From assembly GCF_006345805.1 (NCBI RefSeq), contig NW_021833826.1, positions 1 through 54,895 on the forward strand: 54,895 nucleotides of DNA, read 5' to 3'. This document shows positions 1-13,940 of this stretch, piece by piece. Numbering within the stretch: the stretch's first letter is position 1; each line of letters starts with the position of its first letter. The notes beneath the pieces are model-generated. The model worked only from the letters and a program-made list of their open reading frames with translations, did not search any database and had not been told where the DNA came from. The stretch is from Octopus sinensis. Lineage: Eukaryota. The translations under genes and the position numbers were made by a program.

Positions 1-640
1 GTGTATGATTGTGTTCAGTCAAGGTACTCCTTCGAGAGAAAGATTTACCACAGATGTTACAATGATATGGCTTCTCACCTGTATGAACACGTTTGTGATT
101 AGTTAGGGAGCTATTATGTGAAAATGATTCACCACAGATATCACAATGATATGGATTTTCCCCTGTATGAACGCGTTTATGATCAGACAAGTGGCTACTA
201 CGAGAGAATGATTTACCACAGATGTCACAATGATATGGTTTTTCTCCAGTATGTGTACGTTTGTGTCTAAACAAGTCATTACTTTGAGAGAATGATTGAC
301 CACAGATATTGCAATGATATGGCTTCTCACCTGTATGAGTACGCCTGTGCATAGTCACATGGCCACTTTCAGAAAATGATTCACCACAGATGTCACAATG
401 ATATGGTTTTTCTCCCGTATGTGTACGTACATGCCTAGTCAAAGAACTACTTTGAGAGAATGATTTACCACAGACATCACAGTGATGTGGTTTCTCACCT
501 GTATCAATGCATTTGTGTTTGGTCAAGACTGTTTCTTCAGTGAATAATTTACCACAGATATCACAGTGATGTTGCCTCTCACCTGAATCAGGTTTGTTTG
601 GTTTTCTTAAATCATTCATTATAAGATAATAATTTCTCAT
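1..640 (-). CDS. Z1: tandem C2H2 zinc-finger protein, 5' part; runs off the left edge
   Basis: Manual translation from ATG 640 (MRNYYLI) and ATG 619 ([44 protein letters not shown]...). Open to the window edge with one degenerate and about six canonical fingers joined by TGEKP-type linkers. Missing from the ORF track, presumably because no stop lies inside the window. Confidence 0.92.
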   Translation of the reverse strand, partial: MRNYYLIMNDLRKPNKPDSGERQHHCDICGKLFTEETVLTKHKCIDTGEKPHHCDVCGKSFSQSSSLTRHVRTHTGEKPYHCDICGESFSESGHVTMHRRTHTGEKPYHCNICGQSFSQSNDLFRHKRTHTGEKPYHCDICGKSFSRSSHLSDHKRVHTGENPYHCDICGESFSHNSSLTNHKRVHTGEKPYHCNICGKSFSRRSTLTEHNHT

Positions 641-1371
641 ACGTATCACAATGATAATGATTTTTTCATTTCTATGAATATATCTGTGTTCAGTATTTTC
701 AGAGAATAATTTAACACTATGTGTCTTTCGTGTGTGTTCTTGTTTAACATCTAAAATGGCAGATGTAGACTGTTAACACTTTCATAAAGTTATCCAAGCT
801 TAATTAACCAAGCAATCACCTTCACTACATTCGAAACAGTTCAGTTGTGTCAGTATTTTCAGAGAATAATTTAACACTATGTTCTTGCTTAACATCTAAA
901 ATGGCAGATGTAAACAGTTAAAACTTTTGTAAATTTATCCAAGCAATCACCTTTTTTACATTCCAAACAGTGAAGGCAACAAAAAAGTTGCTCTTAATTC
1001 CATCGTAGAAGAAATATTTTCTTATCGTTTGTCGTTGATGCGTTGATGAATGTGCCTTATGAATATATGGCCTTCCATTAATTGATGAAAGTCAATCAAA
1101 ATATCAGAGGCATGTTTAAATGAAGAGATTTCTTTAACGTCAACATGATGTGATATTCTGAAGTAGAAAAAAAGAAGCAGTGAGATAAAGAGAATGATTA
1201 AACAACATAGTAATTCAACATTGCAAATCTTACAACATCAACACTGTCATCCATTTAATGTCTATGTTTTCAGGGGTCAGATTCCATTGAGGCTTTGAAA
1301 CTTTCACAACATTCTGTATATAGATGAAGCGTTTCCACATTTCTCTAAATTCTTACCTGTTTTCTTTGGTA

Positions 1372-1541
1372 TGAAACCACCTCAATTCTGGGAAGAGGGT
1401 ATTTTCAAGTTAAAGGAAAGATGGAGACGCATTGTGCAACAAAACGGTTCATATTTGGTTGATTAAAAATGTATTGGCAAGTATTTATTGACCTTTGTCT
1501 TTCCTTCAAAAGTCGGCACGAACTTTCCGGACAACCCAATA
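1372..1541 (+). mobile_element. Mariner-like transposon 3' end fragment
   Basis: Encodes KPPQFWEEGIFKLKERWRRIVQQNGSYLVD*, a typical mariner transposase C-terminus, followed by a TIR-like end (...gcacgaactttccggacaacccaa) and TA. Confidence 0.75.
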
Positions 1542-1808
1542 CATATGCAATAATACGTTATACTAGCAGAATCGTTCACATGCCGAACAAAATGCATAAC
1601 AGCATTTCGTCCGTCTACACTCTAAAAGTTCAAATCCCATCCAGGTAGAATTTGGCTTTCATCCTTTCGAGGTAAAAACAAACAAGAAACATTAGCGCAC
1701 ATTGTTCCATGGAAGCGACGTCCGATTCTTCCGCCAATTTTCTGAACTCGTGTCTAAAGTACAAAAAATTATTCTCATCAACACTATTATTATTATTATG
1801 ATAGGCTA

Positions 1809-2039
1809 AGGCGGCGAACTGGCAGAAACGTTAGCACGCCGGGCGAAATGCGTAGCCGTATTTCGTCTGCCGTTACGTTCTGGGTTCAAATTCCGCCGAG
1901 GTCGACTTTGCCTTTCATCCTTTCGTGGTCGATAAATTAGTACCAGTTACGCACTGGGATCGATGTAATTGACTTAATCCGTCAGTCTGTCCTTGTTTGT
2001 CCACTCTGTGTTTAGCCCCTTGTGGGTAGTAAAGAAATA
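1809..2039 (+). mobile_element. tRNA-derived SINE, family B, in a (TAT)n tract
   Basis: Head ggcggcgaactggcagaaacgttagc, B-box gggttcaaattcc, central gtcgactttgcctttcatcc, 3' end gtagtaaagaaata; several homologous copies in the window. Confidence 0.85.
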
Positions 2040-2069
2040 TATTATTATTATTATTATTATTATTATAGC

Positions 2070-2700
2070 GACCCCGAAACGAAGGAAACTCCTGACTGAA
2101 AATACGGCCGAGGTCGACTTTGCCTTTCATCCCTTTCGGCAAATACTGGGTTCCATATATTCGACTTCGTTCTCCCCTCAAACACTGCAGGCCTTGGCAA
2201 AATTTCTAACCTACATCATTACTATTAATATAACCTCTTAAACAACAGGACAACGTTAATTAATATGGTATTCTTCAATCGGTTTCACCTCATTTTACTA
2301 ATTAATCAATTAATTAAACTATTTTACTCTCGTATTACCAATTAATTTCCTTTATATCACATGTAATAGTTGATAATAGGTTTTCCTAAACAACAGATCA
2401 ACATTTCAGTTTGGAAGTTATTAATTAAGACGAGCAAATTATATTTTCTAATTGTTGTCAGGTTCCCGCTTCGAAAAATAATTACTGTAACATCATTATT
2501 ATTAGTAGTAGTAGTATTATCACCTTTACAGCCTTAAAGGAAATCTTTATCAACTTACCGTATTCACAATAAGGAACGAGTCAGTGAAGCAGTAATTAAG
2601 CACCTTAATTAAGAATTTAAAAGAAGCGAGATTGAAGTGTTGTAGAGGTTATTTCCCTTTACATGATTTTCTTTCTTCCAATAGATGGCTCCACTGATTT
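2070..2700 (-). other. Conserved upstream block with candidate splice donor for Z1 (intron 2558 to 1158)
   Basis: Reverse strand reads gaatacg|GTAAGT at 2558-2553. Homologous blocks lie upstream of Z2, Z3, Z6 and Z7 on the same strand as those genes. Confidence 0.5.
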
Positions 2701-2744
2701 TTCTTTGTCCCTTTCTGTCAGGAGCCTCCCTTCAACTTTTTTCA

Positions 2745-2943
2745 AATTTTCACCTCAATAGACGTCATTGATTGGTTGAAATTGAAGAAAAAAACAGCAA
2801 ATATCTTAGAAACCATAGAATTTTCTCAATAAAGCCAAGAGAAAAATAATTTTTTCAAACACATTCTACCAGTATACGAAGTTTAAAAGTGTTTAGTTAC
2901 GTAGAAATTATTAAAAAAACTGCCGTTCAAACCGAAAAGATCC
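2745..2943. mobile_element. Partial GGATC-terminal MITE (one TIR)
   Basis: Ends in ...gccgttcaaaccgaaaagatcc, matching the full copies at 12988 and 15957. Confidence 0.75.
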
Positions 2944-2989
2944 CAAATTTCCTCCAATTATTTGAATCTAAACATTTTAATTCCTTTTT

Positions 2990-3355
2990 GTATGATTGTA
3001 TTTAAATTCTCCAGTAGAGCCATCTATTGGAGCATAGCAGAAATACAATCGTGTAAAGGGAAATAACAACACAACACCTCAACCTCGCTTCTTTTAAATT
3101 CTTAATTAAGGTGCTTAATTACTGATTCAGTGACTCGTTGCTTATTTGTGAATACGGTAAGTTGATAAAGATTTCCTTTAAGGCTGTAAAGGTGATACTA
3201 CTACTACTAATAATAATAATAATGATGTGAATAATAGAATTCTGTGAACTTCTCGATGTTACAGTAATTATTTTTCGAAGAGGGAACCTGACAACAATTA
3301 AGAAAATATATTTACTCGTCTTAATTAATAACTTCCAAACTGAAATGATGATTAC
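2990..3355 (+). other. Conserved upstream block with candidate donor for Z2 (intron 3157-4064)
   Basis: gtgaatacg|GTAAGT at 3157; possible acceptor ttctccAG at 3013-3014; inverted relative to the block at 2280-2700. Confidence 0.5.
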
Positions 3356-4468
3356 ATACTTTTTTGTTACCAAAATCTTTTCGGGGACTGTGGGATATCG
3401 TAGAATTTCGGGTAAGCTTTGATACTTTCACCTGAACGATCTTCTTTAACGTAAAAAAATAATCGGGTCAAAATAAAGCGTTTGACCCGATTATAAAAAC
3501 AAAAAGAAAATAGGTGTAAAACAACTTGCCTTAAACGAATATGACAAAAAAATGCGCGAAATGGGACTCGGGGGGGGAAAGGCCTCGGAAAATTCACATC
3601 GTGAGTTTCCGAAAGCGTCTGACCCGGGCACAAAAACAAAGAAAAAGAGAAGATAGTGTCTAAACCACAACATGAAAAGATCAATGTAGTCCCAAGTACC
3701 CTGACTTCGTAATGTACCGCGAACCCCTTCTTTTTATTAGGAAAATGGGGCGAGAAACCCCTATCCCGGTATCGTTGGAATTATTTTTATTCTCGTTTAA
3801 TGATTTATGGTGACCACCTTATGTGCCACGAAACACTTTTGGGGGTGTCGAGAAAACGGGGTATGGTGTGGGTGGAACCAACGGAAATTTCACCCTCCAA
3901 CCATTTTTCATATATTTTAAAGCTTTCAATGCCTCAATGAACCCCGACCCCTGCAGATATTGACATTAAATGGATGACAGTGTTGATGTTGTAAGATTTG
4001 CAATGTTGAATTACTATGTCGTTTAACGATTCTCTTTATCTCACTGCTTCTTTTTCTATTTCAGAATATCACATCATGTTGACGTTAAAGAAATCTCTCC
4101 ATTCAGATGTGCCTCTGATATTTCTATTGACTTTCATCAATAAAGAAGACCATATATTCATAAGGCACATTCATTAATGCATCAACGACAAACGATAAGA
4201 AAATATTTCTTCTACGATGGAATTGATAGCAACATTCACTTGTCTTCGCTGTTTGGAATGTAGAGAAGGTGATTGCTTGGTTAATTAAGCTTGGATAAAT
4301 TTACAAAAGTTTTAACTGTTTACATCTACCGTTTTAGATATTAAGCAAGAACACACACGAAAGACACATAGTGTTAAATTATTCTCTGAAAATACTGAAC
4401 ACAGATATATTCATAGAAATGAAAAAATCATTATCATTGTGATACATATGAGAAATTAGTATCTTATA

Positions 4469-5692
<1,224 letters not shown>

Positions 5693-6135
5693 CCGTATGA
5701 ATATCAAAATTATTACAACATACCAATTAATGAATATTTTGTCTGCTAAAAGACAGGGTTTATTCCTCTTCAAGCTTGACATTATCAACTTCAGTTTCTT
5801 GGATGTCAACATGAAATTCATGAATCACAACTTCAATATCATTTATATATCTAAATATATCAACACAGAGATGACTTTGGTTTCTGGAGAGGATTGTGCT
5901 GGATTTTTGAGGAATTTGTTATGTGAGAATAAAGGAATGGGAATAAGGAATAAAAGTTTTGACTGACATTGATTTTGTCTTTGTTGTGTTTTCATCATCA
6001 TCCTCTAACATCCATTTTTAGCATCCGTTTTCTATGCAGGCTTTGATGGGAAAGTGTGATATGAGCTGGCAAGCCAGAGTGCTGCTCCACGTTCCTGTCA
6101 GATTGGGCTTGGTTTCTTTGGCTCTATGCCTTTAA

Positions 6136-6357
6136 CCCTTTCAATACCAACCAAGCTGAAACCTGCTCTGGCTCTGTTGTACAAGTGTCTTGTTATCATA
6201 AATTTTGAATTAAAATCTTCCACGAAACCTCAGTCACAATTTATGTTCCTAACACTAGCTTAACAATAATGAAGTTATTTTACTAAATTCTTTGTTATAT
6301 TTAAAATTAATTGAAAGAAACACAGAGCATCTCAACAGAAATATGGTAATGAAAGGG
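6136..6357. mobile_element. piggyBac-like MITE
   Basis: TTAA|CCCTTT...AAAGGG|TTAA: TTAA target duplication with CCC/GGG termini. Confidence 0.75.
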
Positions 6358-7021
6358 TTAAGATACATGGCGCATTTTATAAATATTCCTGTTCAAGAAT
6401 CATAACAGTATCAAACATGTAGTAGCGCTTTCAGTTGTGTATTTAATTTGATATATGTATTTGTGTGAACATGATATCAGTCTGACAACTAAAATAATAG
6501 AAATCTTGTATTTTGAGTATTTTTTTCATATGAGTCAGAAGCATGGACTCCCTTCTACGAAGAAATAGAAAAACTAAAATTTTTTCGCATGTGGTGTTTG
6601 CACCACAACATATGCAGCAAAATGGCAAGATAAGACATTAAATGTAAAATCTTAGTAATATGGACTCATTTGCTTACAGCCAATAATATCTCACCATGAC
6701 CTTGTTGTCAAGTTAACGAACATACTCTACCAAATAAACTCAAGATGAAGAAAGGTGTTGTAAGTCGACTGATCACCAAGTTATGCCACATTTTAAAAGG
6801 CGACAAGTAATTAGATTTGCATCTATACCTGTTATCAGGGAAGTTAAGTTAATTTTTTGGCTCAAAAAGCGAAAAGCAGGGCCATGTAGGGGGACATGGA
6901 GTTATGTACAGGGAGGGTGATCATGCCATTTGTGGTCAACGGAGACTTTGAAACTAGCAGTCGTTGGCAGCTTATTCCACTGATCCGTAACCCGGACGGA
7001 GAAAGCCCCTCTCCTTCAATT

Positions 7022-7250
7022 GAGATGAAATCATCGCAGATAGAGCTTTTCGGAGTGATCCCGCAGCCGACGCTCTGGAGCAGGAGTGCAAAACAGCTCT
7101 TTTGAGAGTTTACACTTTCTGCTTATGATGTTGTGAGCAAGAATGAGATCACCACGGCGTCGTCGTTTTTCTAGAGAATAAAGGTCGAGCGTCTTCATCC
7201 TTTCTTCATAAGACATGCTTGAGACCAAGAACCATGCGGGTAGCCAGCTT
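7022..7250 (-). mobile_element. CR1/L2-group LINE ORF2 C-terminal fragment
   Basis: SYEERMKTLDLYSLEKRRRRGDLILAHNII matches the YEERL..L.L.SLE.RR.RGDLI motif of CR1/L2 reverse transcriptase tails. Confidence 0.8.
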
Positions 7251-7524
7251 CTGGACTCTTTCGAGATGATGGTGGGTAGAGGGTGATGTGCTAGCAACCC
7301 TCTGTTTTACAAAATAAACAACAACACAAATAACTACGCAGAGGCAGCCATGGTTGGAACAAGAACAGGCATTATTAAAAGAGAAATAGAAGCATGGTCA
7401 TTCCTTACTCAAGTGATTGTATCTTATCGCTCATCACTTGTTATGTGCTTAGGAGAATATTAGATTTATAAAACCTAAAATTCACTCATATAAATCTAAT
7501 ATTCTCCTATCCTTCCTTAATACC

Positions 7525-7734
7525 TATTTCTTTACTACCCACAAGAGGCTAAACACAGAGAGGACAAACAAACAGATTAAGTCGATTATATAGACTGGTA
7601 CTTAATTTATCGACTCCGAAAGGATGAAAGGCAAAGTCGACCTCGGCGGAATTTGAACTCAGAGCCTAACAGCAGACGAAATACTGCCAAGCATTTCGCC
7701 CGGCGTGCTAACGCTTCCGCCAGCTCACCACCTT
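7525..7734 (-). mobile_element. SINE family B with 16-bp TSD
   Basis: Reverse complement of the family B consensus; atccttccttaatacc at 7509-7524 and 7736-7751. Confidence 0.88.
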
Positions 7735-7769
7735 GATCCTTCCTTAATACCAGTTCCCATATGCTGCTC

Positions 7770-8140
7770 ATATCTGCACTCGGTCTGCTTAGGAGGTTGT
7801 TGTGTCCTAGAATATGTGTTGCTTCTTTTAGTTTTCTTCTATTCCAGTGGTGTTCTCTGTCTACTATTTTAACTTCATCCCACAGTGGGAGGAGGTCGCC
7901 ATATTTCCATACATAATCAGTTATACCCAATTTATCAATATCTCCCTGTGTCACAGCTTTGCGATGTTCCTCTACCCTTATTTTGAGGGGACGGCATTTT
8001 TGGCTTTTGTATACCCTACCACAGCTGCATGGGATGGAATACATGCAGTTTTTGGCCATATTTTCTTCTGTTGGTAGTTTTACTTGAAGGAGATATTTGC
8101 GAAGTGTTCTGTTACTCTTGAATACTGTCCTGATGTCATG
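7770..8140 (-). mobile_element. Penelope-like element GIY-YIG endonuclease fragment
   Basis: MYSIPCSCGRVYKSQKCRPLKIRVEEH...WDEVKIVDREHHWNRRKLKEATHI matches the degenerate PLE GIY-YIG pattern. Confidence 0.8.
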
Positions 8141-8155
8141 GAATAGCTGTAAACA

Positions 8156-8508
8156 TACTCTTTTACTTGTTTCAGTCATTTGACTGCGGCCATGCTGGAG
8201 CACCGCATTTAGTCAAGCAAACAGACCCCAGGACTTATTCTTTTTAAGCCTAGTACTTATTCTATCGGTCTCTTTTGCCGAACCGCCAAGTTACGGGGAC
8301 GTAAACACACCAGCATCGGTTGTCAAGCGATGTTGGGGGGACAAACACACACACACACACATATATATATACCAAATCCACTCACAAGGCTTTGGCCGGC
8401 CCGAGGCTATAGTAGAAGACACATGCCCAAGGTGCCATGCAGTGGGACTGAACCTAGAACCATGTGGTTGGTAAGCAAGCTACTTACCACACAGCCACTC
8501 CTGCGCCT
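8156..8508 (-). mobile_element. tRNA/CORE-like SINE, family A
   Basis: Minus strand: head gcaggagtggctgtgtggtaag, B-box ggttcagtccc, CORE-like ggcaccttgggca, (TG/TA)n, tail ...tgactgaaacaagtaaaagagt. Confidence 0.85.
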
Positions 8509-8872
8509 ATATATATATATCGAATGAAATCCACAACGGAAAGAGCTACTATTCATTTCATACTACAACAATACTTGAACAGGCATATTTATAAAATGCG
8601 CCATGTATGTTAAGGCATACAGCAAAAGAATCCAAGCCAAGTCTGACTGGAACACAGAGCAGCACTTATGTCACACTGTCCTACCCTTACTTGCGAAGAA
8701 AGTGGATGATGATGATGAAGAAAACACAACAAAGACAAAATCAGTGTCACTTAAAAATTTTATTCCTTATTCCCATTCCTTTATTCTCTCATAACAAATT
8801 CCTCAAAAATTCCATACAATCATCTTCAGAAATCAAAGTCATTGCTGTGTTGATATATACATTATATTGAAG

Positions 8873-9329
8873 AAGGCAGCGAGCTGGCAGAAACGTTAGC
8901 ACACCGGGCGAAATGTGTGGCCGTATTTCCTCTGTCGTTACATTCTGAGTTCAAATTCTGCCGAGGTCGACTTTGCCTTTCATCAGTTCAGGGTTGATAA
9001 ATTAAGTACCTATTTCTTTGCTACCCAAACGGAGCTAAACACCGAGAGGACAAACGGATTAAGTCGATTATATCGACCCCAATGCAAAACTGGTCCATAA
9101 TTCATCAACCCCGAAAGGATGAAAGGCAAAGTCGACCTCGGCGGAATTTGAACTCAGAACGTAACGGCAGACAAAATACGGCCATACATTTTGCCCGGCA
9201 TGCTAACGTTTCTGCCAACTTGCCACATTATATTAAGTACCAGTTACGCGCTGGGATCGATGTAATCGACTTAATCCGTTTGTCCCCTCTATGTTTAGCC
9301 CCTTGTGGGTAGTAAAGAAACACATATAA
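8873..9329. mobile_element. Nested family B SINEs: a minus copy inside a plus copy, 3' of Z3
   Basis: Outer TSD tatattgaag (8863-8872, 9330-9339); inner TSD attaagtacc (9001-9010, 9232-9241). Confidence 0.8.
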
Positions 9330-9480
9330 TATATTGAAGTCGTTATTCATAAATTTCATATTGACAGTGATGGAATTGAAGTTGATAACATCAAGCTTAA
9401 CGAGGAAAGAACCCTGTCTTTTAGCAAATAAAATATTCATAATTGTTGTCCCGTTCTAATTGATTTCCATTTTCATAATG

Positions 9481-10776
9481 TTACACTTGTGTATGAATAC
9501 TCACATGTGTATTTAAGTGTCCATTTTGAGAGAAACATTTACCACAGACATCACACTGATATGGTTTCTCTCCTGTATGAATACGTTTGTGACAAGTTAA
9601 GTCACTACTGTGAGAGAATGATTTACCACAGATATCACAATGATATGGTTTCTCTCCTGTATGAATACGTTTGTGATAAGTAAAAGTGCTACTGTTAGAA
9701 AATGATTTACCACAGATGTCACAGTGATATGGTTTTTCCCCAGTATGAATACGTCTGTGATTAGTCAAGTTACTATTCTGAGAGAATGATTTACCACAGA
9801 TATCACACTGATATCCTTTCTCTCCTGTATGTGTAAGTTTGTGTGTAGCCAACCCACCACTTTGAGAGAATGATTTGCCACAGATATTACAATGATATAC
9901 TTTCTCTCCTGTATGTGTAAGTTTGTGTTTAGTCAAGTAACCACTTTGAGAGAAACATTTACCACAAATATCACAATGATATGGCTTCTCTCCTGTATGA
10001 ACACGTTTGTGTTTAGTCAAGTCACTCTTTCCAGAGAAGGATTTACCACAAATATCACAATGATATGGCTTCTCACCTGTATGAACACGTTTGTGAATAA
10101 TCAACTGACTATTATAAGAGTATGATTCACCACAGATGTCACAATGATATGGCTTCTCTCCTGTATGAATGTGTTTGTGACGAGTTAAATCGCCTTTTTG
10201 AGAGAATGATTTATCACAAATATCACAATGATATGGTTTTTCCCCAGTATGAATACGTTTGTGACTAGTCAACTTACTAGCCGACAAAGATATGCCACAG
10301 ATATCACAATGATATGGCTTTCCTCCTGTATGAATACGTTTGTGACAAGTAAAAGTGGTACTGTTAGAAAATGATTTACCACAGATGTCACAGTGATATG
10401 GTTTTTCCCCAGTATGAGTATATTTGTGACTAGTTAAAGAGCTATTATCAGAGAATGATTTACCACAGATATCACACCGATATGGTTTTTCCCCACTATG
10501 AGTAAGTTTGTGTCTAGTCAAATTATTATTTTCAGCGAATGATTTACCACAGATGTTACAATGATATGGCTTCTCACCTATATGAATACGTTTGTGGTGA
10601 GTTATACCATAGACGTCACACAGATATGGTTTTTCCCTAGTATGGATACGTTTATGACTAGTCAAATCATTTTCAGAAAATGATTTACCATGGATATAAG
10701 AGTGATATGGCCTCTCTCCTGCATCAGGGTTGTTTGTTTCAGTTAAATGATTCATTATGAGAGGACAGTTTGTCAT
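9481..10776 (-). CDS. Z3: intact C2H2 zinc-finger protein, 431 aa (13 canonical + 2 degenerate fingers)
   Basis: Track ORF 9481..10785 begins at GTG; the first ATG is 10776 and the paralog-equivalent ATG is 10755. Ends HTQV*. Acceptor AG at 11188-11187. Confidence 0.93.
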   Translation of the reverse strand: MTNCPLIMNHLTETNNPDAGERPYHSYIHGKSFSENDLTSHKRIHTREKPYLCDVYGITHHKRIHIGEKPYHCNICGKSFAENNNLTRHKLTHSGEKPYRCDICGKSFSDNSSLTSHKYTHTGEKPYHCDICGKSFSNSTTFTCHKRIHTGGKPYHCDICGISLSASKLTSHKRIHTGEKPYHCDICDKSFSQKGDLTRHKHIHTGEKPYHCDICGESYSYNSQLIIHKRVHTGEKPYHCDICGKSFSGKSDLTKHKRVHTGEKPYHCDICGKCFSQSGYLTKHKLTHTGEKVYHCNICGKSFSQSGGLATHKLTHTGEKGYQCDICGKSFSQNSNLTNHRRIHTGEKPYHCDICGKSFSNSSTFTYHKRIHTGEKPYHCDICGKSFSHSSDLTCHKRIHTGEKPYQCDVCGKCFSQNGHLNTHVSIHTQV

Positions 10777-11427
10777 AAATATCACAATGATAGTGTCTAT
10801 TTCATTTCTATGAGAATGTTTGTGTTCAGTTGTGTCACAATTATCAAAGAATAATCTAATGCTGTGTTTCTTTCATCGGTGATTTTACTTAAAATCTAAA
10901 ACAGAAAATGTAAACTGTTAACTCTTTCATAAAGTTATCCGACCATAACCTTTAAAGGAATCATCTCCTCTACATTCCAGATAACGAAGACCAGTAAATG
11001 TTGCTGTTAATTACATTGTCCAGAAGAAATTTTTTCCCATCATTTGTTGAAGATTTCATTTATACAAAGAACTTGATGTATTGATGAATGTGCCTTATGA
11101 ATATATGGTCTTCCTTTAATTGATGAAAGTCAATCAAAATATCAAAGGTACATCTGAATGAAGAAACGTCAACATGAAGTGATATTCTGAAATAGAAAAA
11201 GAAGCAGTGAGATAAAGAGAATCATTAAATGACATAGTAATTCAACATTGCAAATCTTACAACATCAACACTGTCATCCATTTAATATCTACGTTTGCAT
11301 GGGTCAGAATCCATTGAGGCATTGAAACTTTTACAACATTCTGTATATAGATGAATCGCTTCCACATTTCTCTAATTATTTATCTGTTTTCTTTCTCTTC
11401 TCTCCTTTCACTTGTTTCACCTGTGAA

Positions 11428-11740
11428 GTGGCATGGCTTAGTGGTTAGGGTATTTCACTCACAATTATAAAGTTGTGAGTTTGATACACAGTGGTGCAAT
11501 GAGTCTCCAAGCCATTTTATTTCACTTTGCATCAGTCCACTCAGGTGTCAAAAATGAGTTTCACCTGTAATTCAAAGGGCCAGTCTTCTCACCATCTGTG
11601 TCATGCTGTGCCTCCCTGAAGACTATATCAAGGGTCCCCATGTCTGTGGAATACTCAGCCATTTGCATGTTAATTCCATGAGCAGGCTTTTCAGTTGATC
11701 GAATAAACTAAAACAAAGTGTCAGTTACTGTTTCACCAAG
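11428..11740 (+). mobile_element. Degenerate CORE-like SINE (family C)
   Basis: tRNA-like head gtggcatggcttagtggttaggg and cagtccactcag...aaatgagt segment, similar to the copy at 24005. Confidence 0.5.
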
Positions 11741-11809
11741 TAGACCGTGGCCATGCTGGAGTACTTCTTTGAATGGATCGGTCAAATGTATCAACTCCAG
11801 TATTTTTTT

Positions 11810-12170
11810 TCTTTTACTTGTTTCAGTCATTTGACTGCGGCCATGCTGGAGCACCGCCTTTAATCGAGCAACTCGACCCCGGGACTTATTCTATTGGCCT
11901 CTTTTGCTGAACCGCTAAGTAACGGGGACATAAACACACCAGCATCGGTTGTCAAGCAATGCTAGGGGGACAAACACAAACACACATACATATAAATATA
12001 TATATACGACAGGCTTCTTTCAGTTTCCTTCTACCAAATCCACTCACAAGGCATTGGTCGGCCCGAGGCTATAGCAGAAGACACTTGCCCAAAGTGCCAC
12101 GCAGTGGGACTGAACCCGGAACCATGTGGTTGGTAAACAAGCTACTTACCACACAGCTACTCCTATTCCA
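11810..12170 (-). mobile_element. SINE family A
   Basis: Matches 8156-8508. Confidence 0.85.
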
Positions 12171-12509
12171 CCAGTCACATTTGCCCAATCACTTAGTCAC
12201 AAGGATATAAGCAAACTAACGCTCATAGTCAAATGCTTTATGGCTGCAAAGGGGGTCAAACACAGAGACAGATACACACATACACATAATCCCGTAAATG
12301 ATACACTTTCCATGTAGCAAATCCCCTCACAATGCTTTAGTTGGCCCAGGGTTATATTAGAAGACATTTGGTCCAGATACCACATAATAGGGATGAACAC
12401 AAGACCACTTGCTTCAAAAGCAGAAGAGGACCATCATCATTGTCATCGTTTTAACATCTACTTTTCCATGCTTTAATGGAATAATAGATGGAATATATTG
12501 AGGCAGATA

Positions 12510-12875
12510 TTGGGACATAAACACACCAGCATCGGTTGTCAAGCAATGCTAGGGAGACAAACACAGACACACACACATACATCTATGTATATATACGACG
12601 GGCTTCTTTCAGTTTCCATCTACCAAATCCACTCACAAGCTTTGGTCGACCCGAAGCTATAGTAGAAGACACTTGCCCAAGTATATATGTGCTGATGCCA
12701 TGTAAAAAGCACCCACTCCACTCTGTAAAGCGGTTGGCATTAGGAAGGGTTCCCAGCTGTAGAAACCCTGCCAAAGCAGACAGTCATGCTTGATAAAGTC
12801 CTCTGTCTTACCAGCTTCTTTCAACCGATCAAACACACGCTAGCATGGAAGATAACATTAAATGATGATGATGAT
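12510..12875. mobile_element. Partial family A SINE joined to a family D SINE 3' end
   Basis: Family A internal part to ~12680, then gtaaaaagcacccact...ggttggcattaggaagg...ttaaatgatgatgatg. Confidence 0.65.
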
Positions 12876-12987
12876 ATATGCAAAACAGTTAACAAGAACC
12901 CCTGCTGAGATGGAGTGATGGTCACAAATTGTATTTGGTACTTGCATATCTATGGTATCCTAAAAGCACTTGAATCCTACAAAGTTG

Positions 12988-13391
12988 GGATCTTTTCGGT
13001 TTGACCGGCAGTTTTTTAAAATAATTTCCACGTAACTAAACACTTTTAAACTTCGTGTACTGGTAGAATGTGTTTATAAAACATCTTTTTGTCTTGGCTT
13101 TATTGAGAAAATTCTATGGTTTCTAAGATATTTGTTGTTGTTTTCTTCAATTTCTGCAATTTCAACCAATCACTGACGTCTATTGAGGGGAAAACATTCT
13201 GTGCCGTATGAATATGTCCCTCGTTTAAGAAACAGATTGGGTTTATTTACATTTGTGAAGAAAAAAAGATACCCTTTCCCCCACCCCTAAAACAGATTGA
13301 AATGCAATAGATCGATACTAGGGTCATAATTATGGGTGACAATTTCATATGACACCGCTAGAAAAAACTGCTGTTTAAACCAAAAAGATGC
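12988..13391. mobile_element. Merlin-like MITE (GGATC TIR, 8-bp TSD)
   Basis: TIR ggatcttttcggtttga(c/a)cggcag; TSD caaagttg at 12980-12987 and 13392-13399. Confidence 0.85.
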
Positions 13392-13940
13392 CAAAGTTGT
13401 TTTCTTTTACTGTGAGCTCTGTGTTTATACCTAACCATTTTTCGGGTGTCGTTACACAGGGATGTGTCTTGATTCTCAAGTCTATATTCCTGTTTCTGAG
13501 GATTGTCTTACTTTTCTGAGGATTGTCTTACGGAAAATTCCCAGGATCAACCGTAGAGGATCCACGCCCAGGTGGCAAAAATGGAAAAAAATATGTGTAA
13601 CAGGTGTAAAGCATCGTATATTGAAGGAATATGACGAAAAAAAAGCGCGCTGACAAACGGGGGTGGGTGGGGAGGGGGCTCGGAAAATTCCCAGGATCAA
13701 CCGTAGAGGATCCACGCCCAGGTGGCAAAAATGGAAAAAAATATGTGTAAGAGGTGTAAGGCATCGTATATTGAAGGAATATGACGAAAAAAAAGCGCGC
13801 TGACAAACGGGGGGGGGGGCTCGGAAAATTGCCTACGATAACTGACAACGTTAAAGAATTTGAAATAGAAGCGTGGTAGATTTGTTGAAAATAATCAGCA
13901 AATCTACCACGCATGTGGTAAGTACAGATTATATTTTCCC

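Noticed and set aside
7607-8203. 198-aa ORF as a host gene
   Set aside because: It is a chimera of a family A SINE tail, a Penelope endonuclease fragment and a family B SINE.
10777-10785. GTG/TTG starts given by the ORF track (Z3, Z8 and internal ORFs at 4984 and 27776..28315)
   Set aside because: Alternative starts reflect a prokaryote-style caller; ATG starts homologous across paralogs were used instead.
13494-13536. CTGAGGA...GGAAA as another hammerhead
   Set aside because: No stem II or stem I pairing; it is a short direct duplication.
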